From Chloroflexota bacterium (GTDB taxonomy: Bacteria > Chloroflexota > UBA11872 > UBA12225 > JAJDUF01), in NCBI GenBank assembly GCA_034422515.1, contig DAOUJP010000007.1, positions 21,175 to 85,174 on the forward strand: a stretch of 64,000 nt of DNA, in the 5' to 3' direction. The position numbers and the translations under genes were made by a program. Below are positions 9,426 through 18,611 of this stretch, in pieces; positions within the stretch are counted from its first letter, which is position 1; every line of letters starts with the position of its first letter. Under the pieces are notes generated by a model. The model saw nothing but the letters and a program-made list of their open reading frames with translations. It made no database searches and had not been told where the DNA came from.

Positions 9426-9839
9426 CTACGGGGTGGGTGACTGCCAGTTGTCGAGAGCAAGGTTTGGAATATGAGTAAAGTGGCGCGTATTGTTGGTGAC
9501 AAGCACCAATCCCGCTTCTAGGGCGGTAGCGGCAATAAACAGATCGGCCAGTGGCACGGTCCGACCTACGCTCTCCAGGCTTGCTCGTACAGTGCCTGCT
9601 CGTTCCGCAACGGCCTGCGTGAGCGGCAAGACTTCGGAGTGCGTGCAGAGTTGTCGAAATTCAGTGAGACGGGTTGACCTGCCGAGACGGTGCCATCCAT
9701 AAGTAATTTCCGTGACTGAGATCACGGAAAACGTCAGTTGGCCGAACTCACTGATGTAGGCTGCTGCCCGCGCGGAAACCGCCGGACTAGCTCGGAGATA
9801 GTACGACAGGATGTCGGTGTCAACGAGGCTCTTTTGCAT
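9426..9839 (-). CDS. vapC: PIN-domain toxin VapC
   Basis: LVDTDILS, SVISVTEI, ADLFIAATALE..LVLVTNNTRHF; start trimmed to MQKS. Confidence 0.92.
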   Translation of the reverse strand: MQKSLVDTDILSYYLRASPAVSARAAAYISEFGQLTFSVISVTEITYGWHRLGRSTRLTEFRQLCTHSEVLPLTQAVAERAGTVRASLESVGRTVPLADLFIAATALEAGLVLVTNNTRHFTHIPNLALDNWQSPTP

Positions 9840-10098
9840 CAGGTATGAGCGGGAATGGTCGAATCGCCGTGTCATCGCCGCGTTGATGATACATACTCAG
9901 CAGCACGTCGAATTCCTCGTCCGAAAGTTCGGCGGCCATACCGGCAAAGGCCAGTGAAGGCGGTACTAACTCCGGATGCTCCGAGTCCGAGGGACGTTGC
10001 CGGACAGACCGAATCAGCGCCAATACGGTAGGCAGCGCCTCTTCCGGGAGGGCTGCAACTTCCTGCTCGACCTCGGTACGGATATCCGTTCCAACCAT
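9820..10098 (-). CDS. Putative antitoxin (VapB position, DUF2281-like)
   Basis: Acidic 92-aa ORF directly upstream of and overlapping vapC by 20 nt; GGGAG RBS before ATG 10098. Confidence 0.7.
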   Translation of the reverse strand: MVGTDIRTEVEQEVAALPEEALPTVLALIRSVRQRPSDSEHPELVPPSLAFAGMAAELSDEEFDVLLSMYHQRGDDTAIRPFPLIPDAKEPR

Positions 10099-10151
10099 CG
10101 TTGCTCCCGTCTCCCTGCCAGTGTAGCACGGGCGACACTGCCGCTGGCTGC

Positions 10152-11078
10152 TCATGGCCCTGCCGTGACCGGCAGCGCCGGGTCCGCACTCCACTCCGCC
10201 CAGGAGCCGTCGTAGAGCCGGGCGCGCTCGTAGCCGAGCAGCTTGAGAGCGAGAAGACCGCTGGCCGCTGCAAACCCGCGCCCACAGTACGCGATCACTT
10301 CACGGTCCGGGGTCACGCCCGCAGCAGCATAGAGTGACGCCAAGTCATCCGTTGGCAGATACGTCAACACCCGCTCGGTTGCCAGTAAGCGGTCGCGTTC
10401 GGCGGTGGGCGCCGTTGCCAGAGCGGGATCGGCGTTCGCCAGGTAGGGGACGTTGACGGCGCCGGGGATGTGGCCCGGCCGATCACCCCACGGATGCCCC
10501 TCGCTGCTGTGGTATTGATCCGCTGCCAGACAGTCCACAAGGGCCACGTCGGGTTGATTGAGCGCCGCCACGACCGCGGCTTTCGTGGCGAGCCAATCCG
10601 GCTGGGGGCGCGGGGTGAACGTGGCCGGCGGTGGCGCCGGTATCTCGGTAGACAAAGGGCGGCCCTCCGCCCGCCAGCGGCGCAGGCCGCCGTCGAGCAC
10701 CCGCACGCGCGCATGACCGTAGTAGGACGATGCCCACCACAGCCGGGCAGCCGACAAGGGCAGTACCATGTCGTCGTAGGCGACGACGAGGGTGTGGTTG
10801 CCAATCCCGAGCCGTTCCATCACCTGCGCGAACGACGCCGGCGGCACGAGCCGGTCGGGCACGTCGCTCTGTGGGTCGGCGAGGTCGCGCACCATGCCGA
10901 CGAAGACCGCCCCGGGGATATGGCCGGCCAAATAGCCGGCTTCATCGTCGGCACTGATCCCGCGCCCGGCCGCATAGCGGGCACGCCACCGCACGTCCAC
11001 CACCCGCACGTCGGGATGGTCGAGATGCTCGGCCAGCCAAGCCGTCCGGACGAGCGGCGAGGCATCCGGTGGTTGCAT
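10152..11078 (-). CDS. Two-domain rhodanese / sulfurtransferase (SseA-like)
   Basis: YLAGHIPGAV, VLDGG, PGHIPGAVNVP, active-site YCGRG, and C-terminal YDGSWAEW. Confidence 0.92.
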   Translation of the reverse strand: MQPPDASPLVRTAWLAEHLDHPDVRVVDVRWRARYAAGRGISADDEAGYLAGHIPGAVFVGMVRDLADPQSDVPDRLVPPASFAQVMERLGIGNHTLVVAYDDMVLPLSAARLWWASSYYGHARVRVLDGGLRRWRAEGRPLSTEIPAPPPATFTPRPQPDWLATKAAVVAALNQPDVALVDCLAADQYHSSEGHPWGDRPGHIPGAVNVPYLANADPALATAPTAERDRLLATERVLTYLPTDDLASLYAAAGVTPDREVIAYCGRGFAAASGLLALKLLGYERARLYDGSWAEWSADPALPVTAGP

Positions 11079-11218
11079 CGCTGGCGCCTCCCGTCGGCGG
11101 TTCGTATCGCTATGACACCGAGTATCATACCTGCCGGAAGCGAGGCTGGATTTCCGCAGTTCCAGGTCGTATTGATAGGCGATGTCCGGGGGCGTAAGAT
11201 CATCGGAGAGGTGGAGCG

Positions 11219-12352
11219 ATGGAGTGGGAGACGGCCAGCACGTTCTTGGCCACACGGGCGGCCGGATCGCTGGGCCTTGCGGCGCTCGCGCTGCTCCTCG
11301 CCGGGGGCGTGTGGTGGTTCCGCCGGATCGTGAGCCGCCGGCTCCGGTCGTCCGAGAGCGAGAGCTTGACGCGGCAGGTCGTGACCCGGTTCCTCGATGA
11401 CATCCGCGTCGTTGTGCCGTTGATGATTGTGGTGAGTGGTGCCTATCTGGCGCTCGCCAACCTCTCGCTCTGGGCTGCCGACGATCAGCGCCCGGCGGTG
11501 TGGCTGGGAGCCTTAGTCCTGGGACTGGCGCTCATCGCGGTGCTGCGAATGGCGCGCAGCTTCGTGAGTGTGTTCACAGAGCAGTTGGAGCAGCGGCTCC
11601 AGACACCCGAGCAGCTGCGGGTGCTGCAATCCGTCGTGCCCCAGGTGCAGCGGGCGTGTACGGGCGCCATTGTGGTCGTCGGTGCGCTGGTCATCCTGGA
11701 GCAAGTGGGGGTGTCGGTAGCGCCCTTGCTGGCCGGGCTGGGTATCGGCGGCATCGCGGTCGCTTTCGCGGCGCAGAACACCCTCGCCAACCTCTTGGCC
11801 GGCCTCAGTATCTTCATTGACGGTACTGTCCGCGTGGGCGATATGGTCGAGTTGGATAGTGGCCAGCGAGGGTTTGTCGAGGACGTGGGCTGGCGGACGA
11901 CCAAGCTCCGCCTGTTCGCCAACAACCTGCTCATTGTCCCGAACGGCAAGCTGGCCGAGAGCATCCTGACGAACTACCAGATGCCGAACGATGAGGTGTC
12001 GGTGTACGTTCGCAATGGTGTGGCCTACGACAGCGATCTGCAGCAGGTCGAGCAGGTCACGCTGGAGGTGGCTAACCGGCTGGTGCGCGATACGCCAGGG
12101 GCAGCGACCGACTTCGAGCCGATCATGCGCTACACTGCGTTTGCCGATTCCAACATCAACTACGTCGTTATCATGCGGGCCAAGGATTGGCCGACGAGCC
12201 GCCTGCTCCAGCATCGCTTCATCAAAGCGGTCAAGCAGCGCTACGACGAGGTGGGTATCGAGATTTCCTTCCCGGCTCGCAACCTCTACCTACGCGATTC
12301 CGACGGCCTCACGGCGCTGACCGCCACGGAGAACACCGAGCACACGGAGTAG
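11219..12352 (+). CDS. mscS: Small-conductance mechanosensitive channel (MscS family)
   Basis: LAGLGIGGIAVAFAAQNTLANLLAG, VGDMVE, G.VEDVGWRTTKLR, IVPNGKL, IEISFP. Confidence 0.92.
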   Translation: MEWETASTFLATRAAGSLGLAALALLLAGGVWWFRRIVSRRLRSSESESLTRQVVTRFLDDIRVVVPLMIVVSGAYLALANLSLWAADDQRPAVWLGALVLGLALIAVLRMARSFVSVFTEQLEQRLQTPEQLRVLQSVVPQVQRACTGAIVVVGALVILEQVGVSVAPLLAGLGIGGIAVAFAAQNTLANLLAGLSIFIDGTVRVGDMVELDSGQRGFVEDVGWRTTKLRLFANNLLIVPNGKLAESILTNYQMPNDEVSVYVRNGVAYDSDLQQVEQVTLEVANRLVRDTPGAATDFEPIMRYTAFADSNINYVVIMRAKDWPTSRLLQHRFIKAVKQRYDEVGIEISFPARNLYLRDSDGLTALTATENTEHTE

Positions 12353-12393
12353 AGAGCGCTGTCCTGGCACTGACGAAACCTGGGAGTATCACG

Positions 12394-13581
12394 ATGACCT
12401 CACCGAGCGAGCGTGCTCTTGCTCACCCGACCGTGACACTGCGCTGTACGTCGTGTGGCGCGACCTACGCCGACACCGAGCCGCTCTGGGCGTGCGTGTG
12501 TGGCGGCCTGCTCACTGTGGACTACGACTGGCCCGCCACGCTCACGACGGACCGAGAGGCGGCGCTGACGCAAAGTCGCCCAGGTGCCGGCCTCTGGCGC
12601 TACGCACACTTCTTGCCGCTCCGCGCTGCTGGCGCGTCACCGGTAACGCTTGGCGAGGGCGACACGCCGCTCGTCCCCTTACCGCGCTGGGGCGAGCGCC
12701 ACGGTCTGCGCCGCGCCTACGCCAAGCTGGAGTACGTCTCACCCACCGGCTCGTTCAAGGACCGTGGCGCCGCAGTAGTAGTGGCGAGAGCTGCCGAATG
12801 GGGCGTTGGCCGGATGGTCGAGGATTCCTCCGGCAACGCCGGTGCCTCTATCGCCGCCTACAGTGCGCGAGCCGGCATTGCCTGCGACATATTTGTTCCG
12901 GCAGCGGCCCCGACGGCCAAAGTACGGCCCATCGAGCGTTCCGGCGCGAACGTGCAGCGCATCAAGGGCACCCGCGCCGATGTCACTGCGGCGGCGCTCG
13001 CTGCGGTCGGTGATGGTGAAAGTTACTACGCGGCGCACAACCTCAATCCCTACTTCACCGAAGGAATGAAGACCGCAGCTTACGAGGTCCTGGAGTCCTT
13101 TGACTACCAAACGCCGGACCACGTGATCCTGCCGGTTGGTGGTGGCTCGCTCTTCGTTGGGCTATGGCGCGGCTGCCAAGAGTGGCGTTCTTGGGGCTGG
13201 GTGCCGTCCGCTCCCCGTATGCACGTGGCGCAGTCCACCGGCTGCGCGCCGCTCGTGATGGCCTACCGGCAGGACAGCGACGAGCCGGCGCCGGTTGACC
13301 GCCAGCCGACGGTGGCCGGCGGGATCGAGGTGGTGGCGCCGCCCCGTGGCCGCCACATCCTCAGCATCCTGCGCGAGAGTGCCGGAAGCGCCGTCGCCGT
13401 GGACGACGAGGCCATCCTCGCCCATCGAGAGCTGCTTGCAACGCTCGAAGGGCTGGATGTCGAGCCGACAGCGGCCGTACCGTTGGCTGGCCTCGCGGCA
13501 TTGGCCCGCGAGGGGATCATTGGCCCCGACGAAACGGTAGTCGCGTGCCTCACCGGCAGCGGCCTCAAAGACCCGTCCTGA
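12394..13581 (+). CDS. thrC: Threonine synthase family PLP enzyme (paralogue 1)
   Basis: N-terminal CxxC...CxC Zn motif; TLGEGDTPL; SPTGSFKDRG; DSSGNAGAS; PVGGGS; CLTGSGLK. Confidence 0.8.
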   Translation: MTSPSERALAHPTVTLRCTSCGATYADTEPLWACVCGGLLTVDYDWPATLTTDREAALTQSRPGAGLWRYAHFLPLRAAGASPVTLGEGDTPLVPLPRWGERHGLRRAYAKLEYVSPTGSFKDRGAAVVVARAAEWGVGRMVEDSSGNAGASIAAYSARAGIACDIFVPAAAPTAKVRPIERSGANVQRIKGTRADVTAAALAAVGDGESYYAAHNLNPYFTEGMKTAAYEVLESFDYQTPDHVILPVGGGSLFVGLWRGCQEWRSWGWVPSAPRMHVAQSTGCAPLVMAYRQDSDEPAPVDRQPTVAGGIEVVAPPRGRHILSILRESAGSAVAVDDEAILAHRELLATLEGLDVEPTAAVPLAGLAALAREGIIGPDETVVACLTGSGLKDPS

Positions 13582-13710
13582 CCCTGCGTGGTGGATAGGC
13601 GTACTTACCCCCCTGAGGCTGACAGGGGTAGGTATTTACAGGGATAGACAGGATGGGTGAAGAGGAGGTGGCCGCCTCACCCCAACCATCGCCCAGGGGG
13701 AGAACTGACC

Positions 13711-13744
13711 GCCGTAGGGGCGCAACATGTTGCGCCCCTACGGC
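13711..13744. repeat. Perfect 34-bp palindrome, GTAG-type REP
   Basis: GCCGTAGGGGCGCAACATGTTGCGCCCCTACGGC equals its own reverse complement; lies between convergent genes. Relatives at 39785-39812 and 53514-53539. Confidence 0.85.
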
Positions 13745-13759
13745 GGCGTGCATCACGGG

Positions 13760-14869
13760 CTACCGACTACCGGCTAAGGGGAAGTTGATCTTGGCGTTGC
13801 CTTCGTGGTGGGAACGCAGAATACCCAGAATGATCTCCAGCGTCTGACGGCCGGCGCTCCCCGGCGAGACCAACGGCGCCGGTGGCTCGCGCCCAGCGTC
13901 ACGGGCCGCCACGTGCTGCACCAGCTCCTCAATACCGGAGCGTTGACCGTCGAAGTTGTAGGGTGCTGTTGGCAGGGTCCGCTGGTAGGCTGCTGATTCG
14001 TCCGCACTCGGTTCCCACACCTCGGCCCCGTGGTCGCCGACGTGGATGCGCCCTCGGTCACAGATAATCTCAAACCCGGAGATCGTGCCGATCTTGGTCT
14101 GCGGCATGATGATTTGGGCGCGCACCCCGTTGCGGAACCGCAGTAGCGCATACCCGCCCGGGTCGGTCCGTGGGTCGTGCCCCCCATCGCCGGCGTACAC
14201 GGGTCCGTAGTCCTCGAAACCGTCATCCAGCTCGGCGACCACCCACTCCGGCTCGGAGCCGCTCAGGAATCCCAGCATGTCAATCATGTGCGTGGCATTG
14301 CGGAACAGCATTGCGCGCGGATACGCCATCGACAGGGTAATGCTCCGCAAGCGCCCCAGCCGTTCGCTCCGCAGCACGTCCCGCACCTCGTGCCACAGCC
14401 CCTTGAACCGCCGCGTGTGGTCAATGGAGAGCGCGACGCCGTGCTGCTCGCAGGCGGCGATCATCCGGTCGGCGTCCGCCAGCGTGGTAGCGATGGGCTT
14501 TTCGCAGAAAATCCCGCGTACCCCGGCAGCGGCGGCGTCAACGACCATGTCGGCGTGTACGTGGTCGGAGGTGGCTACCGAGAGCAGATCGAGGTTTTCC
14601 TGCGCCAGCATCTCGCGGTAGTCCGTATAGGCGCGAACGTTCGGCCAGACGTCGCCCCACGTGTCGCGAAAGGTATCGAATAGCTCCGTGCGTAGCTCGC
14701 AGATGGCGACGACTTCCGTCTCGGGTACGAGGTGGTAGGCGGCGGCATGGCTGCCCACCTGCACGTTACCTAGAGCTGGGTGCGACTCAAACCCCCGCCG
14801 GGTGGCGGCAATCCCGCTGAGTCCGATGATTCCGGCGCGATAGCGGCCCGGCTGTCCTGGAGTGTTCAT
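13760..14869 (-). CDS. Gfo/Idh/MocA family oxidoreductase (tandem copy B)
   Basis: RAGIIGLSG Rossmann motif; FCEKPIA; ATHMID. Confidence 0.9.
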   Translation of the reverse strand: MNTPGQPGRYRAGIIGLSGIAATRRGFESHPALGNVQVGSHAAAYHLVPETEVVAICELRTELFDTFRDTWGDVWPNVRAYTDYREMLAQENLDLLSVATSDHVHADMVVDAAAAGVRGIFCEKPIATTLADADRMIAACEQHGVALSIDHTRRFKGLWHEVRDVLRSERLGRLRSITLSMAYPRAMLFRNATHMIDMLGFLSGSEPEWVVAELDDGFEDYGPVYAGDGGHDPRTDPGGYALLRFRNGVRAQIIMPQTKIGTISGFEIICDRGRIHVGDHGAEVWEPSADESAAYQRTLPTAPYNFDGQRSGIEELVQHVAARDAGREPPAPLVSPGSAGRQTLEIILGILRSHHEGNAKINFPLAGSR

Positions 14870-15005
14870 AGTGCCATGCTCCTTTTTCGGTTGAATCTCC
14901 CGTTGGGGACTGAAGACCTATCCTATCGTATCGGTGCTTGCCCCCCTATGGTCCCCTCGCCATTGCGGCGCAGGCCGCAATCCAGGGTACCCACACTGGA
15001 TGCCC

Positions 15006-16112
15006 CTACCGGCTATCGCTGGCGAGGGGAAAGGTGATCTTGGCGTTGCCTTCGTGATGCGAGCGTAGGATGCCCAGTAGGATTTCCAGTGTCTGCCGGC
15101 CGGCGTTGCCCGGTGAGAGCAGCGGCGCCGGTGGCTCGCGCCCGGCCTCGCGGGCCGCGATATGCTCCACCAACTCCTCAATGCCCGCTCGCTGGCCCGC
15201 AAAGCTGTATCCTGGGACCGCCAGCACCTGCCGTTCGACGGTGAGCGCATCGGCGCCCGGCGCCCAGAGTTCGGCTCCTTTATCGTTGACGAAGATGCTG
15301 CCCCGCTCACAGATCAGATGAAACCCGAAGATCGAGCCGTCTTCGGTCTGCGGCATGGTGATCTGGGCGCGGACCCCATTGCGAAATCGCAGCAGCACGT
15401 ATCCGCCCGGATCGGTCCGCGGATCGGTGCCGCCGTCGCCGGCGTACACGGGGCCATAGTCCTCGAAGCCGTCGTCCAACTCCGCAACGACCCACTCCGG
15501 CTCGGCGTCGCTCAGGAAGCTCAACGCATCAATCATATGTGTCCCGTTGCGGAAGAGCATCGAGCGCCGGTAGCCCATGGTCATGACGATGGCCCGCAAG
15601 CGGCCCACCGTTTCGCTCCGTACCATCTCCCGCACCTCGTACCACAGCCCCCGGAACCGCCGCGTGTGGTCAATGGAGAGCACCGCCCCATGCTGCTCAC
15701 AGGCGGCGATCATCCGGTCGGCATCGGCCAGCGTGGTAGCGATGGGTTTTTCACAGAAGATGCCGGGTACCCCGGCAGCAGCCGCGTCAACGACCATGTC
15801 CGCGTGCAGATGGTCGGAGGTGACCACTGAGAGCACGTCGAGGTTCTCCTGCACCAGCATCTCGCGGTAATCCGTATAGGTGCGGACGTCCGGCCAAACG
15901 TCGCCCCAGGTGCTGCGGAAGGTATCGAATAGCTCCGTGCGTAGCTCGCAGACGGCGACGACATCCGTCCGGGACACCAGATGGTAGGCGGCCGCATGGC
16001 TGCCCCCTTGCAGGCTCCCCAGGGCCGGATGCGACTCTATTCCCTGCCGGTTGGCGGCAATCCCGCTCAACCCGATGATGCCGGCCCGATAGCGCCTCGA
16101 TTGCCCGCTCAT
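15006..16112 (-). CDS. Gfo/Idh/MocA family oxidoreductase (tandem copy A)
   Basis: Same motifs (FCEKPIA, GTHMID); colinear with and closely similar to 13760-14869. Confidence 0.9.
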   Translation of the reverse strand: MSGQSRRYRAGIIGLSGIAANRQGIESHPALGSLQGGSHAAAYHLVSRTDVVAVCELRTELFDTFRSTWGDVWPDVRTYTDYREMLVQENLDVLSVVTSDHLHADMVVDAAAAGVPGIFCEKPIATTLADADRMIAACEQHGAVLSIDHTRRFRGLWYEVREMVRSETVGRLRAIVMTMGYRRSMLFRNGTHMIDALSFLSDAEPEWVVAELDDGFEDYGPVYAGDGGTDPRTDPGGYVLLRFRNGVRAQITMPQTEDGSIFGFHLICERGSIFVNDKGAELWAPGADALTVERQVLAVPGYSFAGQRAGIEELVEHIAAREAGREPPAPLLSPGNAGRQTLEILLGILRSHHEGNAKITFPLASDSR

Positions 16113-16130
16113 AGCGTAGGCTCCTTTCGC

Positions 16131-17129
16131 TCAGTGCAGGTTGTTGACTGAGAACGGCCCGCCCGGCTTGATGCTCGTGGCGACTTCCAGGGCGGCCAGC
16201 AGTGCCTTTGCGTACCCGACGGCGTAGGCGGACGCCATGCCCTGAAAGCGGTTGTCGTCGTCGTAGGCGGGCATATGGTCGAGCTGCAAGCCTCCGCTAA
16301 ACCCGATGTCCCGGAGCGTGAGCAGGATACGGAACATATTCATGTCGCCGTCGTGCAATGCCACTTCTTCATAGCCGCCGTGCGTGGGGATGGTGCCACG
16401 CACGTTGCGGAAGTGGGTGTGGAAAATCTTCCCCCGCCGGCCGAAGGCCCGGATGTTCTCGACGATGTTGGTGCCCGATTCGTAGCGCGTGCCAATACAG
16501 TAGAGCAGGCCGCTGTGCGTGCTCGGGACCGCATCGAGAATCTGCGACCAGCGCCGCGGCGAGAACTCCGTCTCCGGCAGCGGCGGATCGGAGGGATGCA
16601 GGATGAGCCGGATGTCGAGGGCCTCCGCAATCGGCACCAGCCGCTCGTACAGCCGCACGCTGCGCTCGAAGTGCGCCTCCACGTCCACCATCAGCTCCGG
16701 CGGCTTGGCCGCCAGGTTTTGCCGCATCACTGCCATATCGAAAGCGTGCATGGTGTAGCCGCCGCGATGGACGCCTCGCACGGCACCGCGGTAGCCCGGA
16801 TTGTCAAGATGCAGCGGCATGGACATGAAGGGAACGCCGGCCTTGCCCAAGGCTTCGAGCGTGCGGCACAGGTTGTCCACCTCCTCGTCGCCGCCGGGCC
16901 GGCCGAGCAGGTAGTTCTCGGGCGTCGGCGGGGCTACCCGATAGACGCCTAGCCCGTGTCGCCGCAGCTTCTCCAGCAGCGCCCGGACGCCCTGCTCGTC
17001 GGCGTAGCCGCGCTCGGCCACACCGGGCACGTTGTACTCCTGGTGAATGTCGAAGCCGTCGCATCCTACTTGCGATGCAAAGCGGATGTAGTCGTCGGAG
17101 AGATCGCGTTCGCGCAGTAACACCTTCAT
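16131..17129 (-). CDS. uxuA: Mannonate dehydratase (UxuA) family protein
   Basis: RGGYTMHAFD, LILHPSDPP, GLLYCIG, HFRNVRG, DGDMNM, DHMP, YAVGY motifs. Confidence 0.75.
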   Translation of the reverse strand: MKVLLRERDLSDDYIRFASQVGCDGFDIHQEYNVPGVAERGYADEQGVRALLEKLRRHGLGVYRVAPPTPENYLLGRPGGDEEVDNLCRTLEALGKAGVPFMSMPLHLDNPGYRGAVRGVHRGGYTMHAFDMAVMRQNLAAKPPELMVDVEAHFERSVRLYERLVPIAEALDIRLILHPSDPPLPETEFSPRRWSQILDAVPSTHSGLLYCIGTRYESGTNIVENIRAFGRRGKIFHTHFRNVRGTIPTHGGYEEVALHDGDMNMFRILLTLRDIGFSGGLQLDHMPAYDDDNRFQGMASAYAVGYAKALLAALEVATSIKPGGPFSVNNLH

Positions 17130-17242
17130 CGTCTGTGCCTCCTCGGGACCATCCCGCCGAGATCATGGCGCGTATGGATTGGCAGAGATAGTACCATTGT
17201 CTGCGACAAGGGGAGCGATTTATCGCCTCCCAAAATGAGAAC

Positions 17243-18478
17243 CTATCCCTCCAGCACCACGCCTTCCTTGTCGAGCCGTGCGAGCATCGCGGCGTACTCC
17301 GGCGTGCCGTCGTCGTCCCAATACTCCGTGGTGATCGGCTCCGCGTACCGCATGGGCAGCAGGCGGCTGAGGTCCGGCCGGACCAGGTACAAGCTGTTTC
17401 GAGGATCAGCTAGGCCGTAGAGCGTGGTGCCGTTCTCGAAACGGGACTTGATGATCCACCGCTGCGGCTCCAGGCGCGGCAGGCGCTTCAGCCGCTCCAG
17501 TTCCGCGCGGTCCAGCGTCAGCCCCAAGCCCGGCGCTTCCGGCACCCGCACCAGCCCATTGATCGGCTCTAGCCGCTCCAGCACCACGTCGCTCTTCCAC
17601 GTCTCGGTACAGCTAATCGTGTGCAGCGTGGCGGAAGGGAAGGCTGCCATCATATGCACGGTCATCGCCCGCGTGATCGTGCCGCCGACGTTTTGCAGCA
17701 TGAAGGGCAGGTTGCCGGCGGCAAAGAGTCCCGCCCGGCGCAGCGCATCGCCAATCACTGAATGGCCGAGCATATAGGCATCGGCAGCGCCCATCAGCAC
17801 CTCGTAGGTGGCCTTCAGCGGCGTGTGGTGCAAGACGACGGGCAGCCGCGAGCGCTGGCGCAGGGCCATGTAGCCGGGAATGTCCTCCGATGGCAGGGGG
17901 TCCTCGAAACAGCCGGCGATGGGAAACTCGGCCAGCTTGTCGAGCAGCGCGATCATGTGGTCGTCGGTCCCCTGCATGGTGAAGTCGTAATGGACCTGGA
18001 ACCCCTCCGGGGCGACTTGCTGCATCGCCTCGGTCTGCGCGATGACGTTCTCCCAGGGTGAGAGATGAAACTTCAGCCACGTATAACCGCGGGATGCATA
18101 GTGCGTGACCGCCGCCGCCATCCGCTCCGGGTGCGTGGACACGGTCCAGCTCGATACCGGCACCCACGCGCGGTACCGCTGTCCGAACAGCTTGTAAATG
18201 GGCACGCCGGCGGCCTTGCCCATCAGGTCGTACATGGCCGTACCGAGGCCGAGGGAGGTCTCGTCTCCGATCCAGTCGAAGGGGTTGGACCCGATGTAGC
18301 GGTCCAACACTTCCTGCGGCTCGGTCGTATGTCCTTCACCCAGCCCGACCAGCCCGGTATCGGTATGGACGACGTAGACGGTGCGCCCCGATATGTGATA
18401 GTAGTGGCTGAACTCGTAGGCCAGCGCGTCCTGGTATTCGAGACCGATCTCGTGTACTTCGATGTCCGTGACCTTCAT
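17243..18478 (-). CDS. Enolase superfamily (mandelate racemase/MLE-like) protein with C-terminal extension
   Basis: VHTDTGLVGLGE, MYDLMGKAAGVPIYKLFG, FEDP, VPEAPGLG. Confidence 0.85.
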   Translation of the reverse strand: MKVTDIEVHEIGLEYQDALAYEFSHYYHISGRTVYVVHTDTGLVGLGEGHTTEPQEVLDRYIGSNPFDWIGDETSLGLGTAMYDLMGKAAGVPIYKLFGQRYRAWVPVSSWTVSTHPERMAAAVTHYASRGYTWLKFHLSPWENVIAQTEAMQQVAPEGFQVHYDFTMQGTDDHMIALLDKLAEFPIAGCFEDPLPSEDIPGYMALRQRSRLPVVLHHTPLKATYEVLMGAADAYMLGHSVIGDALRRAGLFAAGNLPFMLQNVGGTITRAMTVHMMAAFPSATLHTISCTETWKSDVVLERLEPINGLVRVPEAPGLGLTLDRAELERLKRLPRLEPQRWIIKSRFENGTTLYGLADPRNSLYLVRPDLSRLLPMRYAEPITTEYWDDDGTPEYAAMLARLDKEGVVLEG

Positions 18479-18549
18479 GGCTGCTCCCTCCAATGCCAAG
18501 CATCATACTACCTGGCGTGATCGTGGCACACTGGCCGGGGAGTTCCCTG

Positions 18550-18573
18550 ATTCCTGCTTGCGCGGGAATCCAG
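18550..18573. repeat. REP-like ATTCCC-N8-GGGAAT palindrome (degenerate copy)
   Basis: ATTCCTGCTTGCGCGGGAATCCAG in a divergent intergenic gap. Confidence 0.65.
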
Positions 18574-18611
18574 CGGCCGGCCGGCTGCGGCGACTGATGA
18601 TAGGATGACGC

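Noticed and set aside
10152-12393. Extended starts in the ORF track (11255 for rhodanese, 12187 for thrC; likewise 59594, 62833, 50506, 52282, 10194)
   Set aside because: They overlap neighbouring genes or lack an RBS; downstream starts match family N-termini.
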